56,371 nucleotides of DNA, from the IMG/VR virus record IMGVR_UViG_3300010362_000018, positions 1 through 56,371 of that record; one strand, given 5' to 3'. Made by a program: the position numbers and the translations under genes. Source of the DNA: a virus. Its lineage: Duplodnaviria > Caudoviricetes. Below, one piece after another: positions 27,867-38,522 of this stretch; within the stretch, counting starts at the first letter, position 1, and every line of letters starts with the position of its first letter. Below the pieces are notes generated by a model. It did no database searches. It saw only the letters and a list, made by a program, of their open reading frames with translations, and was not told the origin of the DNA.

Positions 27867-28991
27867 ATGCCCCTTGACATCGGGCTGGAGCTCGGCGTCA
27901 CCCTGGAGATCGTCGACGAGCCGGAGGCCGCGACTCCGCCGACCCAGACTGACACCGGGTTCCTGATCCACACCGTGAGCGGGAGCGGCGCGCCCGCCAG
28001 CGAGGTCACCGAGGTGCGCTCATCGGGCGAGGCGCGTGACCTGTTCCCGAATGACCCGGCGCTCACGACCATCACCGACGGCTACTTCTCGATCGGCGGC
28101 GGACGGCTGTTCATCTCGCCGCTGGGCTCGGACGCGCTGGCGGCGGCGGAGGCGTTCACGCCGGAGTACGGGCCGGGCCAGCTGATGGCGCCCGAGGTGC
28201 TCACGGCGGCGAAGCAGGCGGACCTCGTCCAGTGGGCGTGGGACAACAACCACATCTACCTCGCCTCAGCGCCCGCCAACTCGACGCAGGCGCAGCTGGA
28301 GACGCTGTCGGACACGCTGATCAGCCCGGAGGGTCGGTTCAGCGGCCTGTGGGGTGACGTGATCCAGGTGCCGGGCCTCGCGCCGGGCACGTCGCGTGAC
28401 CTGGACTCGGCGGTCGCGGTGGGGGCGCTGATCGCGCGCTCGGACATCCTGACCGGCAACCCGAACCTGGCCGCGGCTGGGAACCACACGCCGGGCGCCG
28501 CCGGGCAGGTGGATTTCGCGATCGGAGTCACGCCTGAGCGGGCGCTCCAGGAGATCAGGGAGCTCGCCAAGGCGCAGGTCAACTCGTTCCGGCGGGTGAA
28601 CAAGCGCGTCAGGAACTACGGCTTCTGGACGCTCGCGGACCTGGATCAGCTTCCGCAGTGGTGGGACCTGAGCGGCTCGCGGACGATCATGGCGCTGAGG
28701 GCGCGCGAGGAGGCCGTCGCGGAGGAGCTCCTGTTCGGTCAGGTGGCCGCGGACGGCATCTTCCTCGACCGCTACCAGTCGAGCCTCGCCGCGGTCTGCG
28801 CGGAGCTCCAGCGGATCGGGGCGATCTACGGCACCGACCGGGCGCCCGGCTACCGGGTGGACGTGAGCATGAACCCGACCTCGCAGATCGCGACCGGGCT
28901 GGTGCAGGCGTCGGTGATCGTCAAGACGAGCCCGTTCGCCGCGGCGCTGCGGATCAACCTGATCCGCCGGGCCATCACGCAGCCTCTCTGA
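27867..28991 (+). CDS. Tail sheath protein
   Basis: TDTGFL, VGALIARSD, AAAG, VNSFR...VRNYGFWTL, IYG...YRVD, SPFA..L.INL. Confidence 0.8.
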   Translation: MPLDIGLELGVTLEIVDEPEAATPPTQTDTGFLIHTVSGSGAPASEVTEVRSSGEARDLFPNDPALTTITDGYFSIGGGRLFISPLGSDALAAAEAFTPEYGPGQLMAPEVLTAAKQADLVQWAWDNNHIYLASAPANSTQAQLETLSDTLISPEGRFSGLWGDVIQVPGLAPGTSRDLDSAVAVGALIARSDILTGNPNLAAAGNHTPGAAGQVDFAIGVTPERALQEIRELAKAQVNSFRRVNKRVRNYGFWTLADLDQLPQWWDLSGSRTIMALRAREEAVAEELLFGQVAADGIFLDRYQSSLAAVCAELQRIGAIYGTDRAPGYRVDVSMNPTSQIATGLVQASVIVKTSPFAAALRINLIRRAITQPL

Positions 28992-29033
28992 CGGATGGCG
29001 CCCGGACCAGGTCCTAGGGTCTGAGCGAGGGCG

Positions 29034-29060
29034 CCCGCGGTCCGTAGGGACCGGTTCTGG
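29034..29060 (+). repeat. 27-bp dispersed repeat CCCGCGGTCCGTAGGGACCGGTTCTGG
   Basis: Exact reverse complement at 48989-49015. Confidence 0.85.
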
Positions 29061-29098
29061 AGTCCACGGCACGCTTATCACAGGAGGAACTACCGGCA

Positions 29099-29503
29099 AT
29101 GCCGTACATGCAGCGCAACTGGACCGTTCACCTCTCCGTCGACAATCAGGACTTCGGGTTCTGGGCGGTGAAGGAGGGCGGCGGGATCGAGACCGAGGAC
29201 TCGACCTACGACGACTGGGACGGGCAGGTGCAGCTGGGTGGCAAGCGCACCCGGACGGAGATCACGCTCCGGAAGCTGTACCGCGAGCAGGTGCACGCCG
29301 TGTTCCGCACGCTCGACGCGCTCGCCGGGCGCGGCAGCATCGTGCTCACGGCGAGCCCCACCGATGACGACGGCGTCAGCTGGGGCAACCCGATCATCAA
29401 CACCGGCAAGCTGGGCAACGTCGCCCCGCCGGACGTGGACAAGTCATCGAGCGACGGCGGTGAACTGGAGATCGTCGTCCGGCCGAACGTCGCGCTGGCC
29501 TAG
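29099..29503 (+). CDS. Tail tube protein
   Basis: After the sheath, 134 aa; GG...LGG...EITLRK...D.SS...ELEI. Confidence 0.75.
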   Translation: MPYMQRNWTVHLSVDNQDFGFWAVKEGGGIETEDSTYDDWDGQVQLGGKRTRTEITLRKLYREQVHAVFRTLDALAGRGSIVLTASPTDDDGVSWGNPIINTGKLGNVAPPDVDKSSSDGGELEIVVRPNVALA

Positions 29504-29504
29504 G

Positions 29505-29711
29505 ATGCCGCAGCCTCCGGCCGGTCAGGACTTCTACATGGTCATCGGCCTCGGCCACGCGACGACGGACGTGCAGGGCGCGGCGCAGGTGTTCGTGGCG
29601 ACCGGTAGTTCGGAGGAGGCGGCGGTCGCGAAGGTTGCGCCGCTGGTCCCGGACGCGCTGCTGTTCACGGCGCAGGTGGTGCCGACGTTCGACCGGCCGA
29701 AGACGCCCTGA
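29505..29711 (+). CDS. Hypothetical protein
   Basis: ORF fills the gap. Confidence 0.55.
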   Translation: MPQPPAGQDFYMVIGLGHATTDVQGAAQVFVATGSSEEAAVAKVAPLVPDALLFTAQVVPTFDRPKTP

Positions 29712-29738
29712 ACCCTGCTACCCAAGGAGAACTAGCCC

Positions 29739-30332
29739 ATGGCAGAGCCCGCGATTCGTATGGTTGGCGGCTCACCGGAGGATGAGCGGCGCGAGCCGCC
29801 TCTGCCCCCGGCGCCGCCTCAGGAGTTCGAGAAGCAGGTCGGCGGGGCGGTGATCGACCCGCCACGGCCGGAGGACATCGTCGAGGCGACGGGCGGCTCA
29901 CTCGCCGATCAGATGAGGGCGCGCTTCGAGGCGATGGCTGCCACGGAGGAGTTCGGCATCCCGGGCTGGGAGCTCGCGGACGGCTCGCCGGGGCTGATCA
30001 TCGAGGCACGCGCGTTCGGTGACCGCCGGGTGTTCAACGAGGGGCTCTCGAACGAGGCGTTCATTGCGAAGAGCACCAACCGGCTGTTCTTCGTCAGCGA
30101 CGACGGCGCCCGTGAGGAGGTGCCCGGCGGCTGGGGGCCGGAGCTCGCCGGGATGATGGGCGTCAGCGTCACCAAGGCTGCGGACCTCGTCGCCCAGGTG
30201 ATCAGCAAGCCCGACCCGGCGCGGCCGGGCGTCCGGATCCCGAACGTCGCCGGGATCGGCGCGCTCGCCACCGAGCTCCTCAACTGGGCGCGCCGCGGCC
30301 GGTCGGACATGGAGGAGCGGCTGGGGGAATAG
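29739..30332 (+). CDS. Tail assembly chaperone (G-like)
   Basis: Precedes the tape measure; ends in slippery GGGGGAA. Confidence 0.7.
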   Translation: MAEPAIRMVGGSPEDERREPPLPPAPPQEFEKQVGGAVIDPPRPEDIVEATGGSLADQMRARFEAMAATEEFGIPGWELADGSPGLIIEARAFGDRRVFNEGLSNEAFIAKSTNRLFFVSDDGAREEVPGGWGPELAGMMGVSVTKAADLVAQVISKPDPARPGVRIPNVAGIGALATELLNWARRGRSDMEERLGE

Positions 30333-30517
30333 CGGACGCCTCGCCGTACCTGCAGGAGCTCGTCAACGCGGTCCGTCTGAAGATGGACTGGCGCCCGCTC
30401 GCGGGGCTCACTTCCGCGGATGAGGGGACGATGATCGAGCGGGTACTGGCGGGTTGCGTTCTAGCCGCCGCGGTCGAGCAGCACAACGCCGATGTCGCCA
30501 AAGCTAACCGGAAGTAA
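30323..30517 (+). other. -1 programmed frameshift and GT-like extension
   Basis: G GGG GAA at 30323-30329; -1 frame (IADASPYLQELV...ANRK) open to TAA 30515-30517. Confidence 0.75.
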
Positions 30518-30519
30518 GT

Positions 30520-32757
30520 ATGGCCGGTGAGAGCACCGTCCTCGTCCGCCTCCGCATGCTCGGGGCGAGCCAGTTCAGCAGCGATGCGAAGGGTGCCGCC
30601 AAGGGACTGGACTCCATCGACAACAGCGCGAAGAAGGTGGGCGGGCGCTTCCAGGGTGTGAAGTCCGCGATGGGCACGGTCGCCGTGTGGGGCAAGCGCG
30701 CGGCGATGGCCGGGGTCGCGGCGGGCTCGGCGGCGGCGGTGATGGGCGTCAAGTACGACGCGGCGCTGGAGACGTCTCAGACGGCGTTCAAGGGGCTCCT
30801 CGGGAGCCAGAAGGGCGCCGAGGACATGATGCTCCGGCTGCAGAAGTTCGCAGCGGAGACGCCGTTCGAGCAGCAGCAGCTGGTGAGCGCCGCGCAGCGC
30901 TGGATCGGCGTCGGCAACTCGGCGAAGTCAGTGATCCCGTCGATGCGGGCGGTGGGTGACGCAGTGGCGTCGGTGGGCGGCACGCCCGAGGACGTAATGG
31001 GAGTCGTGACCGCGCTGACTCAGATGCAGAACAAGGGGAAGGCGTCCAGCGAGGAGCTCCAGCAGATCGCCGAGCGCAACATCCCCGCGTTCAAGATCCT
31101 CGCGAAGTCGCTGGGCCTCAGCGGCGCCGAGCTCTCCGACAAGCTGAAGAAGGGCGCCATCAGCGCTGACTCGGCGGTCGGCGCGCTGCTCAAGGGCATG
31201 GAGGGCAAGTACAAGGGTGCGATGGACGCGCAGTCCAAGACGTTCAGCGGCATGATGAGCACCCTCCACGACAACGTGAACATCATCCTCGGTCAGGCGT
31301 TCCAGCCGCTGTTCGAGTGGCTGCGGACGAAGATCCTCCCGGCGGTCAACGACTTCTTGGGCGTGCTGGTCAAGGCGGGCCAGAAGGGTGGCATCCAGGG
31401 GATGGTCAAGGCGCTCCAGGGGATGAAGGGCGGTGAGGGCGCCGCCAAGGTGATCAACACGATCGCCCGCGCGCTCGGCGGGCTGATCACGTTCATCGAG
31501 AACATCGACTGGGGCAAGGCGCTCGACACGCTCAAGCAGCTGGGGCCGATCATCACCACCGCGGCGGCGTCCACCGGGAACGCTGACTTCGCGGGGATGT
31601 TCGCGTCGGTGACCAAGGTGGCGGGGCCGTTCGCGTCGGTGATCAACACCATCATCGGGCTCCTGCAGAAGTTCCTCGGGTTGCCGTACGCGCCGCAGAT
31701 CGTGGGCGGGCTACTGGCGCTGGCGACGGCGGCGAAGGTCGCGAACGCCGCTACCGGCGGTCTCGTGACGGCGTTCGCGAAGATGGGCGGTCAGGCGTTC
31801 ACGATGGCCAACACGATCGGGACGCTGATCACCCAGGTCCTCGCGTACCGGACCGCGAAACTGCTCAGCACCGGGGCGACGGTCGCTGACACGACGGCTA
31901 CCGGCGCTCACACGGCTGCGATGACCGTCAACAACTCGGTCCAGAACATGGGCGTCCTGGCGCTGATCCGCTACCGCGCCGGTCAGGTCGCCTCTGCGGC
32001 GGCGAGCGTGGTCGTGAGGGCCGCAACGATCGCGTGGACTGCGGCGCAGTGGCTCCTGAATGCGGCGCTGAGCGCGAACCCGATCGGGCTGGTGATTATC
32101 GCGATCACTGCGCTCGTCGCTGGCCTCGTCCTCGCGTACACCAAGTCGGAGACGTTCCGCAACATCGTGCAGGGCGCGTTCCGGGCAGTGAAGAACGCCG
32201 CGGTGAGCGCGTTCAACTGGGTCAAGAAGAACTGGCCGACGCTGCTCGCGATCATCAGCGGCCCCATCGGGTTGGCGGTGCTGGCGGTGGTCAGGAACTT
32301 CGGGACGATCAAGCGCGCGGCGTCGAGCGCGGTCGCGTTCATCAAACGAGCGTTTGCGGGCGTCAAGCGGTTCATCTCCGGACTGTTCACCGGGGCTGGG
32401 GGGTTCATTGCCGGGATCGGCCGCGGGTTGGCTGACTGGCTGAACAACAACACGCCGTTCGGCGACCGCGTCGAGTTCAAGGTGCTCGGCAAGTCGATCG
32501 GGTTCACCATCCCGCGGCTCCAGGCGGGCGGCATCGTGCAGCGCGGCGGTCAGGCGCTGGTCGGGGAGCGTGGCCCGGAGATCGTTCACCTGCCGCGTGC
32601 CGCGACCGTGTACTCAGCCGCCGAGTCACGCGCCGCAACGCGCCGCGGGGCCGTAGCGTCGATGCCGATCACGCTCGTCGCGAACTTGCACCTGAGCGGC
32701 CGACAGATTCACAGCGAGGTGTTCAGGGTGGAGCGCGCTCAGACGGAGATGTCCTGA
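30520..32757 (+). CDS. Tape measure protein
   Basis: 745 aa, Ala/Gly-rich; FAAETPFE, AAQWLLNAALSANPIGL, GE.GPE. Confidence 0.92.
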   Translation: MAGESTVLVRLRMLGASQFSSDAKGAAKGLDSIDNSAKKVGGRFQGVKSAMGTVAVWGKRAAMAGVAAGSAAAVMGVKYDAALETSQTAFKGLLGSQKGAEDMMLRLQKFAAETPFEQQQLVSAAQRWIGVGNSAKSVIPSMRAVGDAVASVGGTPEDVMGVVTALTQMQNKGKASSEELQQIAERNIPAFKILAKSLGLSGAELSDKLKKGAISADSAVGALLKGMEGKYKGAMDAQSKTFSGMMSTLHDNVNIILGQAFQPLFEWLRTKILPAVNDFLGVLVKAGQKGGIQGMVKALQGMKGGEGAAKVINTIARALGGLITFIENIDWGKALDTLKQLGPIITTAAASTGNADFAGMFASVTKVAGPFASVINTIIGLLQKFLGLPYAPQIVGGLLALATAAKVANAATGGLVTAFAKMGGQAFTMANTIGTLITQVLAYRTAKLLSTGATVADTTATGAHTAAMTVNNSVQNMGVLALIRYRAGQVASAAASVVVRAATIAWTAAQWLLNAALSANPIGLVIIAITALVAGLVLAYTKSETFRNIVQGAFRAVKNAAVSAFNWVKKNWPTLLAIISGPIGLAVLAVVRNFGTIKRAASSAVAFIKRAFAGVKRFISGLFTGAGGFIAGIGRGLADWLNNNTPFGDRVEFKVLGKSIGFTIPRLQAGGIVQRGGQALVGERGPEIVHLPRAATVYSAAESRAATRRGAVASMPITLVANLHLSGRQIHSEVFRVERAQTEMS

Positions 32758-33413
32758 TGGCCGGGCCGCGCGGCGGGATGGTCCGTCTCGACCCGAGCCG
32801 CGGGTCATCGCTGACGATGATCCTCAACAAGGAGCCGGACCGGTCAGGCGGCGTCGGCGGCTGGGAGTCAGTGGACCGCGCGCTGAGGCGCGGCGCACGC
32901 TGGTGGAGGTCCTGGCCGGATGACACGATGAGCCTCGACTGCACCATCGACATTGACGCGATCGGCGGGCCGTCGGTGGAGCGCCGGATCAGGGTGCTCC
33001 GGGACATGGGTCAGCCCGGCGACGCGGATGACCCGCCCACCATCAAGCTGAGCGGCGACATCTGGGACTCGGACTGCAACGCAACGTGGGTGATGGACGG
33101 CTGGTCGCTGGGAACGCGGCTCTACCTGCCGGATGGCACGATGCGCCGCCAGCAGGTCACGGTCGAGCTCTCACGCTACGAGGCCGTCGAGGACGTGACG
33201 CCCATCAAGATCCGGAGCACCCGGACCAAGGGCAAGAAGCGCCGGACTCACAGCGCCGTAGTCAGGAGCGGTGAGAACCTCCGGGCGGTCAGCTTGCGGG
33301 AGCTCGGGAGCCCGACGCGCTGGCGGGACTTGCAGCGCTGGAACAAGAAGCTGAGGAAGGTGGACCCTGACCTTCCGCTGAGGGCGGGAACGCACGTGAC
33401 CATCCGTGGCTAG
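32757..33413 (+). CDS. Tail tube initiator/baseplate protein with LysM-like C-terminus
   Basis: VVRSGENLRAVSLRELGSPTRWRDLQRWN...LRAG. Confidence 0.7.
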   Translation: MAGPRGGMVRLDPSRGSSLTMILNKEPDRSGGVGGWESVDRALRRGARWWRSWPDDTMSLDCTIDIDAIGGPSVERRIRVLRDMGQPGDADDPPTIKLSGDIWDSDCNATWVMDGWSLGTRLYLPDGTMRRQQVTVELSRYEAVEDVTPIKIRSTRTKGKKRRTHSAVVRSGENLRAVSLRELGSPTRWRDLQRWNKKLRKVDPDLPLRAGTHVTIRG

Positions 33414-33993
33414 CGCGCGCACCACACCGAAGAAACGCCAGGCGGACCGGCGGAGCACCCCGGCCAAGCGGGCTCGGCTCCGCCGGGACCCTGCGATCGC
33501 GATCCCGCCCCCGCGGATCACCGGGACGCGCACGTCGAGCATCCGGAACCTGCACCTCCGGTCACGCGGCCGGACGTACCGGATCAGCGACAACCTCGAA
33601 GGCGACACGCCCTGGTCGCTCGGGATGGACCAGGCAGGCACCTTCACGCTCCCGATCCGTGACCCGAGCGGCGACATCGTGGACATCCTCAAGGACGAGT
33701 CGAACCTCCAGCAGGACGGCGCGACCGTGACGCTCGATGGCGTGGTCTACTGCGTGACGGGACTCGACCACGACGGGGAGGGGCTGTACACGCTGACGAT
33801 GGAGGATCAGACGGCGTGGCGGCTCAAGCAGTTCAGCAAGTTCCGCTCGGTGAGCCGGAAGCGCTCGACCCGGTATGCGTTCATCCAGGGGTTCGTCGAT
33901 GAGGCGAGCCGCAAGCCGCTCAGCAAGATGCGCTCGTTCATCCCGGAGATCGATGACCAGCAGAAGATCCAGCGGCCCAAGGCGGGCGCCTGA
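33406..33993 (+). CDS. Baseplate hub protein (N-terminal part)
   Basis: Synteny, beta-rich. Confidence 0.5.
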   Translation: MASARTTPKKRQADRRSTPAKRARLRRDPAIAIPPPRITGTRTSSIRNLHLRSRGRTYRISDNLEGDTPWSLGMDQAGTFTLPIRDPSGDIVDILKDESNLQQDGATVTLDGVVYCVTGLDHDGEGLYTLTMEDQTAWRLKQFSKFRSVSRKRSTRYAFIQGFVDEASRKPLSKMRSFIPEIDDQQKIQRPKAGA

Positions 33994-35429
33994 TGGCGCT
34001 GGTCCGTAACGGCGGCGGCACCGCCCCTGCGAGCCGCGGGAACCGGCCGGACTCAGGCGGTACCAACGAGGCCGCGGGCGGCACGTCCAGCGCGGGCTCA
34101 GGTGACGCCGGGCGCCCGCGCGGCACTGGCTCTAGCGACTACACCGTCAAGGGCAAGCGCGCTACCGCCAAGCAGCGCGACGTGATCGACGGGTGCCTGG
34201 CGCAGGCCTCGGAGGACAACGCGTCGCGCCGGGTGATGATCGCGGTGATCATGTGCATCACCCAGGAGTCGAACGCCGGGGAGCTCGCCTCGGTGATGAC
34301 CGGCAACGACGACGTGGGTATCTTCCAGCAGGGCCGGAACTGGGTGACTGAGAAGGAGGCGAAGGACCCTGCGGCCTCGACGCATGCGTTCCTGGTGACT
34401 GGGCCGACTTCCTGGAAGAAGGTCAACGGCGGCGTGAAGTCAGCGCCCGGGAACCTCGACTCAGCGATTCGGAAGGTCCAGATCAGCATCGGCGGGTACG
34501 CGCCGTGGGAGAAGGAGGCCACCAAGACCGTGGACACCTGGCTCGACACGGGCGGGCGCGCGGGGACCGACTACGTCAAGCAGTACAACTTCACCCGCGG
34601 CGACAAGGGCGGTCAGAAGGAGAACAGCTGGGACGCCGCGGCGCGGCTGGTGGAGGAGGTCGGTGCGTACCGGTGGGCAGCTGGGAACGTGTTCTACGCG
34701 GTCAGCGGCGACGAGCTCCGCGCCGGGGCGCCAAGCCTGAGCATCCGGGGCGATGAGGGCTGGCTGGTGCGGCAGCCCGCGTACAGCTGGGCGAACAACC
34801 GGGAGATCAGCGAGGTCACGCTGGACGTGCTCGGTGACCGGTGGGACGTGATGCCTGGTGCATGCATCGTGCTGACCAGCCTGTTCGGGCCGATGGCCGG
34901 GCGTTGGCTGGTGTGGAACGCGAGCGGTGACCGGCTCGACTCGCCGATCATCCATGTGACGCTCAGGCGCCCGACGCGGCTGAAGGATGAGCCGCCGAGC
35001 GAGAGCGCTCAGCATGCCGAGACTGACAGCGAGGGTGGTGACTTGTACGACATCTGCAAGAAGATCAGTGACAACCGGCACGCCTACGTGTACGGCGGCT
35101 CTCACGGGCCGAAGCTGAGCTCCCTGCAGCCGAGCTCGCCGTTCGACTGTTCGTCGTCGTGCAGTTACGCGCTGTTCAAGGCGGGCATGTTCGACGGCTC
35201 GGTCGCGATCGTGAGCGGTGACTTCGCGTCGTCGTGGGGCAAGGCGGGGAAGGGCGACGACTTCACCATCTGGGCGAACAGCACTCACGTCTGGATGGAG
35301 GGCTACGAGGACGGCAAGCCCAAGTGGCGGTTCGACACCTCACAGCACTCCGGGAAGTCGGGGCCGATGTTGACGACCGTGGCACGTAGCGATCAGGGCC
35401 GCTTCCAGCCGCGGCATTGGGGCGGCTGA
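33993..35429 (+). CDS. Baseplate hub / tail-associated lysin with lysozyme-like and NlpC/P60 domains
   Basis: QES...GIFQQ; YVYGGSHG...FDCSS...THV. Confidence 0.7.
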   Translation: MALVRNGGGTAPASRGNRPDSGGTNEAAGGTSSAGSGDAGRPRGTGSSDYTVKGKRATAKQRDVIDGCLAQASEDNASRRVMIAVIMCITQESNAGELASVMTGNDDVGIFQQGRNWVTEKEAKDPAASTHAFLVTGPTSWKKVNGGVKSAPGNLDSAIRKVQISIGGYAPWEKEATKTVDTWLDTGGRAGTDYVKQYNFTRGDKGGQKENSWDAAARLVEEVGAYRWAAGNVFYAVSGDELRAGAPSLSIRGDEGWLVRQPAYSWANNREISEVTLDVLGDRWDVMPGACIVLTSLFGPMAGRWLVWNASGDRLDSPIIHVTLRRPTRLKDEPPSESAQHAETDSEGGDLYDICKKISDNRHAYVYGGSHGPKLSSLQPSSPFDCSSSCSYALFKAGMFDGSVAIVSGDFASSWGKAGKGDDFTIWANSTHVWMEGYEDGKPKWRFDTSQHSGKSGPMLTTVARSDQGRFQPRHWGG

Positions 35430-37300
35430 TGCCCGGCGCGCTGAGCACCGCAAGCCGGAAGCAGATGGAGCAGCGCGCCCCGGCGCAGCTACTGGAGGGC
35501 ACCGTCCTGGACCCGCCGCTCAACTCGGAGGGGTTCCTCAGGATCGAGGTGGACGGCCAGCCGGGCGTCGTGCAGACGTGCCCGTGGCCGTACAGCGGGA
35601 TAGACGCGCTGCCCGGTGACGCGGTTGCGGTGGAGGTCAGCGACGGCGGGAACTACTGGGCGCACTGGTGGCCGCAGAATGGGCAGACACCTAGCGGCGG
35701 GGGCGGCGGCACCCTGCTCAGCGGCGAGTGGAAGTGGACGACCTCCGCGACGAACCCAGCGTCCGGGCGGATCGGGATCAACACGGGCGCCTGGAACACC
35801 GCGACCGCCGTGAACATCCACAAGACGACGAACGCGGGCGGTGACGCCTCGAACCTGTTCGCCGTTCTCAAGGTGAACGACCGGCTCTACATCCAGCAGA
35901 GCAACGACTCTTCCCGCTGGGGCCGCTATCGGATCAACGCGGCGCTGGTCGATCACGGCGACTGGTTCGAGATCCCCGTGACGTGGGAGTCGGACGGGGG
36001 CACGCTGCCGTCGAACAACTCGGTCTGCCGGATGACGGCGGTGATCGGAGGCGCGGGCGGCGCGACGTTCCCGCCCGGCGGCACGCCCGGCGAGGTGCTC
36101 ACGTTCCTGGGGCCGGGCCTCAACGACGTGGATTGGGAGCCAGCGCCGGGCGCCGGGGGCGCTCAGGCGCCCAACATGTCGCGTTACTCACTGGCGGGGA
36201 CGTACGTGGCATCGACCTGGATGACGTACACGCCGAGCAAGGTGGAGGGCAGCGGCGACGCGGCGGCGTTCTCGATCAGCGGCAACAACATCGTCGTCCG
36301 TGACACGGGACAGTACTTGGTCACGGTGCAGACGCGCGCTCAGGCGGCGGCGACGCGGCATCTGCATCAGATCAACCTCGGCGCGGCGTCGATCCTTCAG
36401 ATGGACACCGCCGGGATCACGGGCGGCGCGGGGCTCAGCACGACGCTGTCGTCAGCGGTGGTGCTGAACATCACGGCCGGGCAGACGGTCTCGATCAACG
36501 GCTGGAGCCAGACGGCTGGGGCGACGGGCGCACAGGTCATGTCGATCACGCGGGTCGGCGCCCTGCCGGGGCCGAAGGGTGACACGGGCGCTACCGGGCC
36601 GACGGGCGCTCAGGGGATCGCTGGAGCGACGGGACCGCCCGGGCCGACGGGTCCGCAGGGCACCGCGGGCGTCATGTCGTACTACGAGCAGCCGAACGAT
36701 CCGGGCGCCGTGCAGAACGGGTCGATCTGGGTGGACACCGATGACGTGCCGGTCGCCTACCAGGGGCCGCCGCGCGTCACCGCGCTGCCGTCCAACCCGG
36801 TCGACGGGCAGGAGATCTACTTTGCCGCTGACGCTACGAACGGCGTGGTCTGGCACTTGCGGTACAACGCGGGCTCAGCGAGCGCCTACAAGTGGGAGTT
36901 CATCGGCGGTCCCGATCTGACCGCCGCTGTGCAGGCTTCCGAGTCGATCAGCGCTGTCAGCGTGTGGTCTGATACCGGGACTGTGGGGCCGCAGATCGTG
37001 GTCCCGCTGGCCGGGGACTACGACTTCTCAGCGATGGCGGTCGGGTACCCGAACGGCGTGGCTGCCCAGGTTGCGATCGGCTTGGCGATCGGCGCGACCA
37101 ATCCCGCGCAAGCCTCGGAAATCGGCTTCGGTTACGGGCCGACGGCCGCGAAGTGGCAGGGTCTCGCGTGTCAGGGACGTAAGACCGGTTTGGCGGCGGC
37201 CAGCCAGATGCGTGTGCGGTACTGGGGTGACGGTGGCGGCGGCCAGTTCGCTTCGTTCATCGGTCGCTCACTGGCCGTAACCCCGGTGAGGGTCGGCTGA
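35429..37300 (+). CDS. Spike/fibre protein with collagen-like segment
   Basis: N-terminal OB-like spike segment (PGDAVAV), GXY repeats, beta-rich domains. Confidence 0.7.
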   Translation: MPGALSTASRKQMEQRAPAQLLEGTVLDPPLNSEGFLRIEVDGQPGVVQTCPWPYSGIDALPGDAVAVEVSDGGNYWAHWWPQNGQTPSGGGGGTLLSGEWKWTTSATNPASGRIGINTGAWNTATAVNIHKTTNAGGDASNLFAVLKVNDRLYIQQSNDSSRWGRYRINAALVDHGDWFEIPVTWESDGGTLPSNNSVCRMTAVIGGAGGATFPPGGTPGEVLTFLGPGLNDVDWEPAPGAGGAQAPNMSRYSLAGTYVASTWMTYTPSKVEGSGDAAAFSISGNNIVVRDTGQYLVTVQTRAQAAATRHLHQINLGAASILQMDTAGITGGAGLSTTLSSAVVLNITAGQTVSINGWSQTAGATGAQVMSITRVGALPGPKGDTGATGPTGAQGIAGATGPPGPTGPQGTAGVMSYYEQPNDPGAVQNGSIWVDTDDVPVAYQGPPRVTALPSNPVDGQEIYFAADATNGVVWHLRYNAGSASAYKWEFIGGPDLTAAVQASESISAVSVWSDTGTVGPQIVVPLAGDYDFSAMAVGYPNGVAAQVAIGLAIGATNPAQASEIGFGYGPTAAKWQGLACQGRKTGLAAASQMRVRYWGDGGGGQFASFIGRSLAVTPVRVG

Positions 37301-38316
37301 TGGCTACCGCGGTCCGGGTGAAGACGGCGTCCGGGTGGCAGGACATCGCGATCAGCGGCCCTGCCGGTCCGACGGGCGCGACCGGCGCGGCCGGAGCAAC
37401 CGGTTCCCAGGGTCCGCCGGGGCCGACCGGGGCAACGGGCTCTCAAGGCCCGCAGGGCGCGACGGGTCCAGCTGGCCCGACCGGTCCGGCTGGCCCCGGC
37501 GGCGTCCCGGGTGGTCCGGCCGGAGGTGACCTGGGCGGCACCTACCCCAACCCGGTCGTCATGCAGTCGAGTCTCGGGGACTTCCACGTTGACAACGGCG
37601 TGATCTGGGCGGGGTACGGCGTCGAGTCGTCCGGGACGGTGAGCGCCCAGTACGGGATCACCGCCAACTCGGGCACCGGGTTCGACGCCACGCTCTACAA
37701 CATCGGCGGGAAGGCGGCGCTCCTGCTCGGGGAGTCGCAGGACGTGAACCTGTACCGCGAGGCGGCTAACGTCCTCAAGACCGACGACAGCTTGCAGGTG
37801 GCCGGGACGCTAGCGGTCACCGGGGCGCTGTCCAGCGGCGCGATCACCAGTCCGACCGTCACCGACCTGAAGCCCGTCACGAGGACGGTCGGCCCGGTCA
37901 CCGGGAACGGCGGGAACCTCCCGGTCACGTACGTCGCGCTGCCCGGCATGTCGCTCAGCTACACGACGCCTGCCCGTCCAACACGCGCTCGCATCGACGT
38001 GCAGGTTCGCTTGACGAGCATCACGGCTGCGTGGGCGTTCGCAGCAGTCGGCTTGACCGTGTCACCGACCCCGACGAGCCGGTTGCACGCTAACGCGGCA
38101 TCAGGGGTAGCGCCCGCGGCCAGTGAGATCCTCGCGCTGCTCTACCTGCACAACGCGGGCGCGATCGGAGCACACTTCATCGGGTTCGACTCGATGCTCC
38201 TGGCAGCTAGCACCGCCTACACGTTCACGGTGGTCGCTGCGTCGAACCCCGCGAACAGCGCTCAGTTCCAGGCGACCGCGCAGAGCACGATGATTGGAAC
38301 CTTCACCCCGGAGTAG
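37300..38316 (+). CDS. Collagen-like tail fibre protein
   Basis: GXY repeats, AGGDLGGTYPNP, DVNLYR.AA..LKTDD. Confidence 0.75.
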   Translation: MATAVRVKTASGWQDIAISGPAGPTGATGAAGATGSQGPPGPTGATGSQGPQGATGPAGPTGPAGPGGVPGGPAGGDLGGTYPNPVVMQSSLGDFHVDNGVIWAGYGVESSGTVSAQYGITANSGTGFDATLYNIGGKAALLLGESQDVNLYREAANVLKTDDSLQVAGTLAVTGALSSGAITSPTVTDLKPVTRTVGPVTGNGGNLPVTYVALPGMSLSYTTPARPTRARIDVQVRLTSITAAWAFAAVGLTVSPTPTSRLHANAASGVAPAASEILALLYLHNAGAIGAHFIGFDSMLLAASTAYTFTVVAASNPANSAQFQATAQSTMIGTFTPE

Positions 38317-38324
38317 GAGACCCT

Positions 38325-38522
38325 ATGGCCGATCAGTACCGCACAACCGTGAGCATCGTGTTCTGGTCCGCGGACCCTGAGTCCGCTGAGGGCGTCGTGG
38401 ACGCGCTGAAGGGCGTGGTGCCGACGGAGGACGCGGACGCGACGCTGACCACCATCGAGTACCGTGCGGAAGGCAGGCCCGAGCCGCTGCCCGAACCCGA
38501 CGCGCCGGTAGGGGCTGCGTAG
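38325..38522 (+). CDS. Hypothetical protein
   Basis: AGGAG SD. Confidence 0.6.
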   Translation: MADQYRTTVSIVFWSADPESAEGVVDALKGVVPTEDADATLTTIEYRAEGRPEPLPEPDAPVGAA

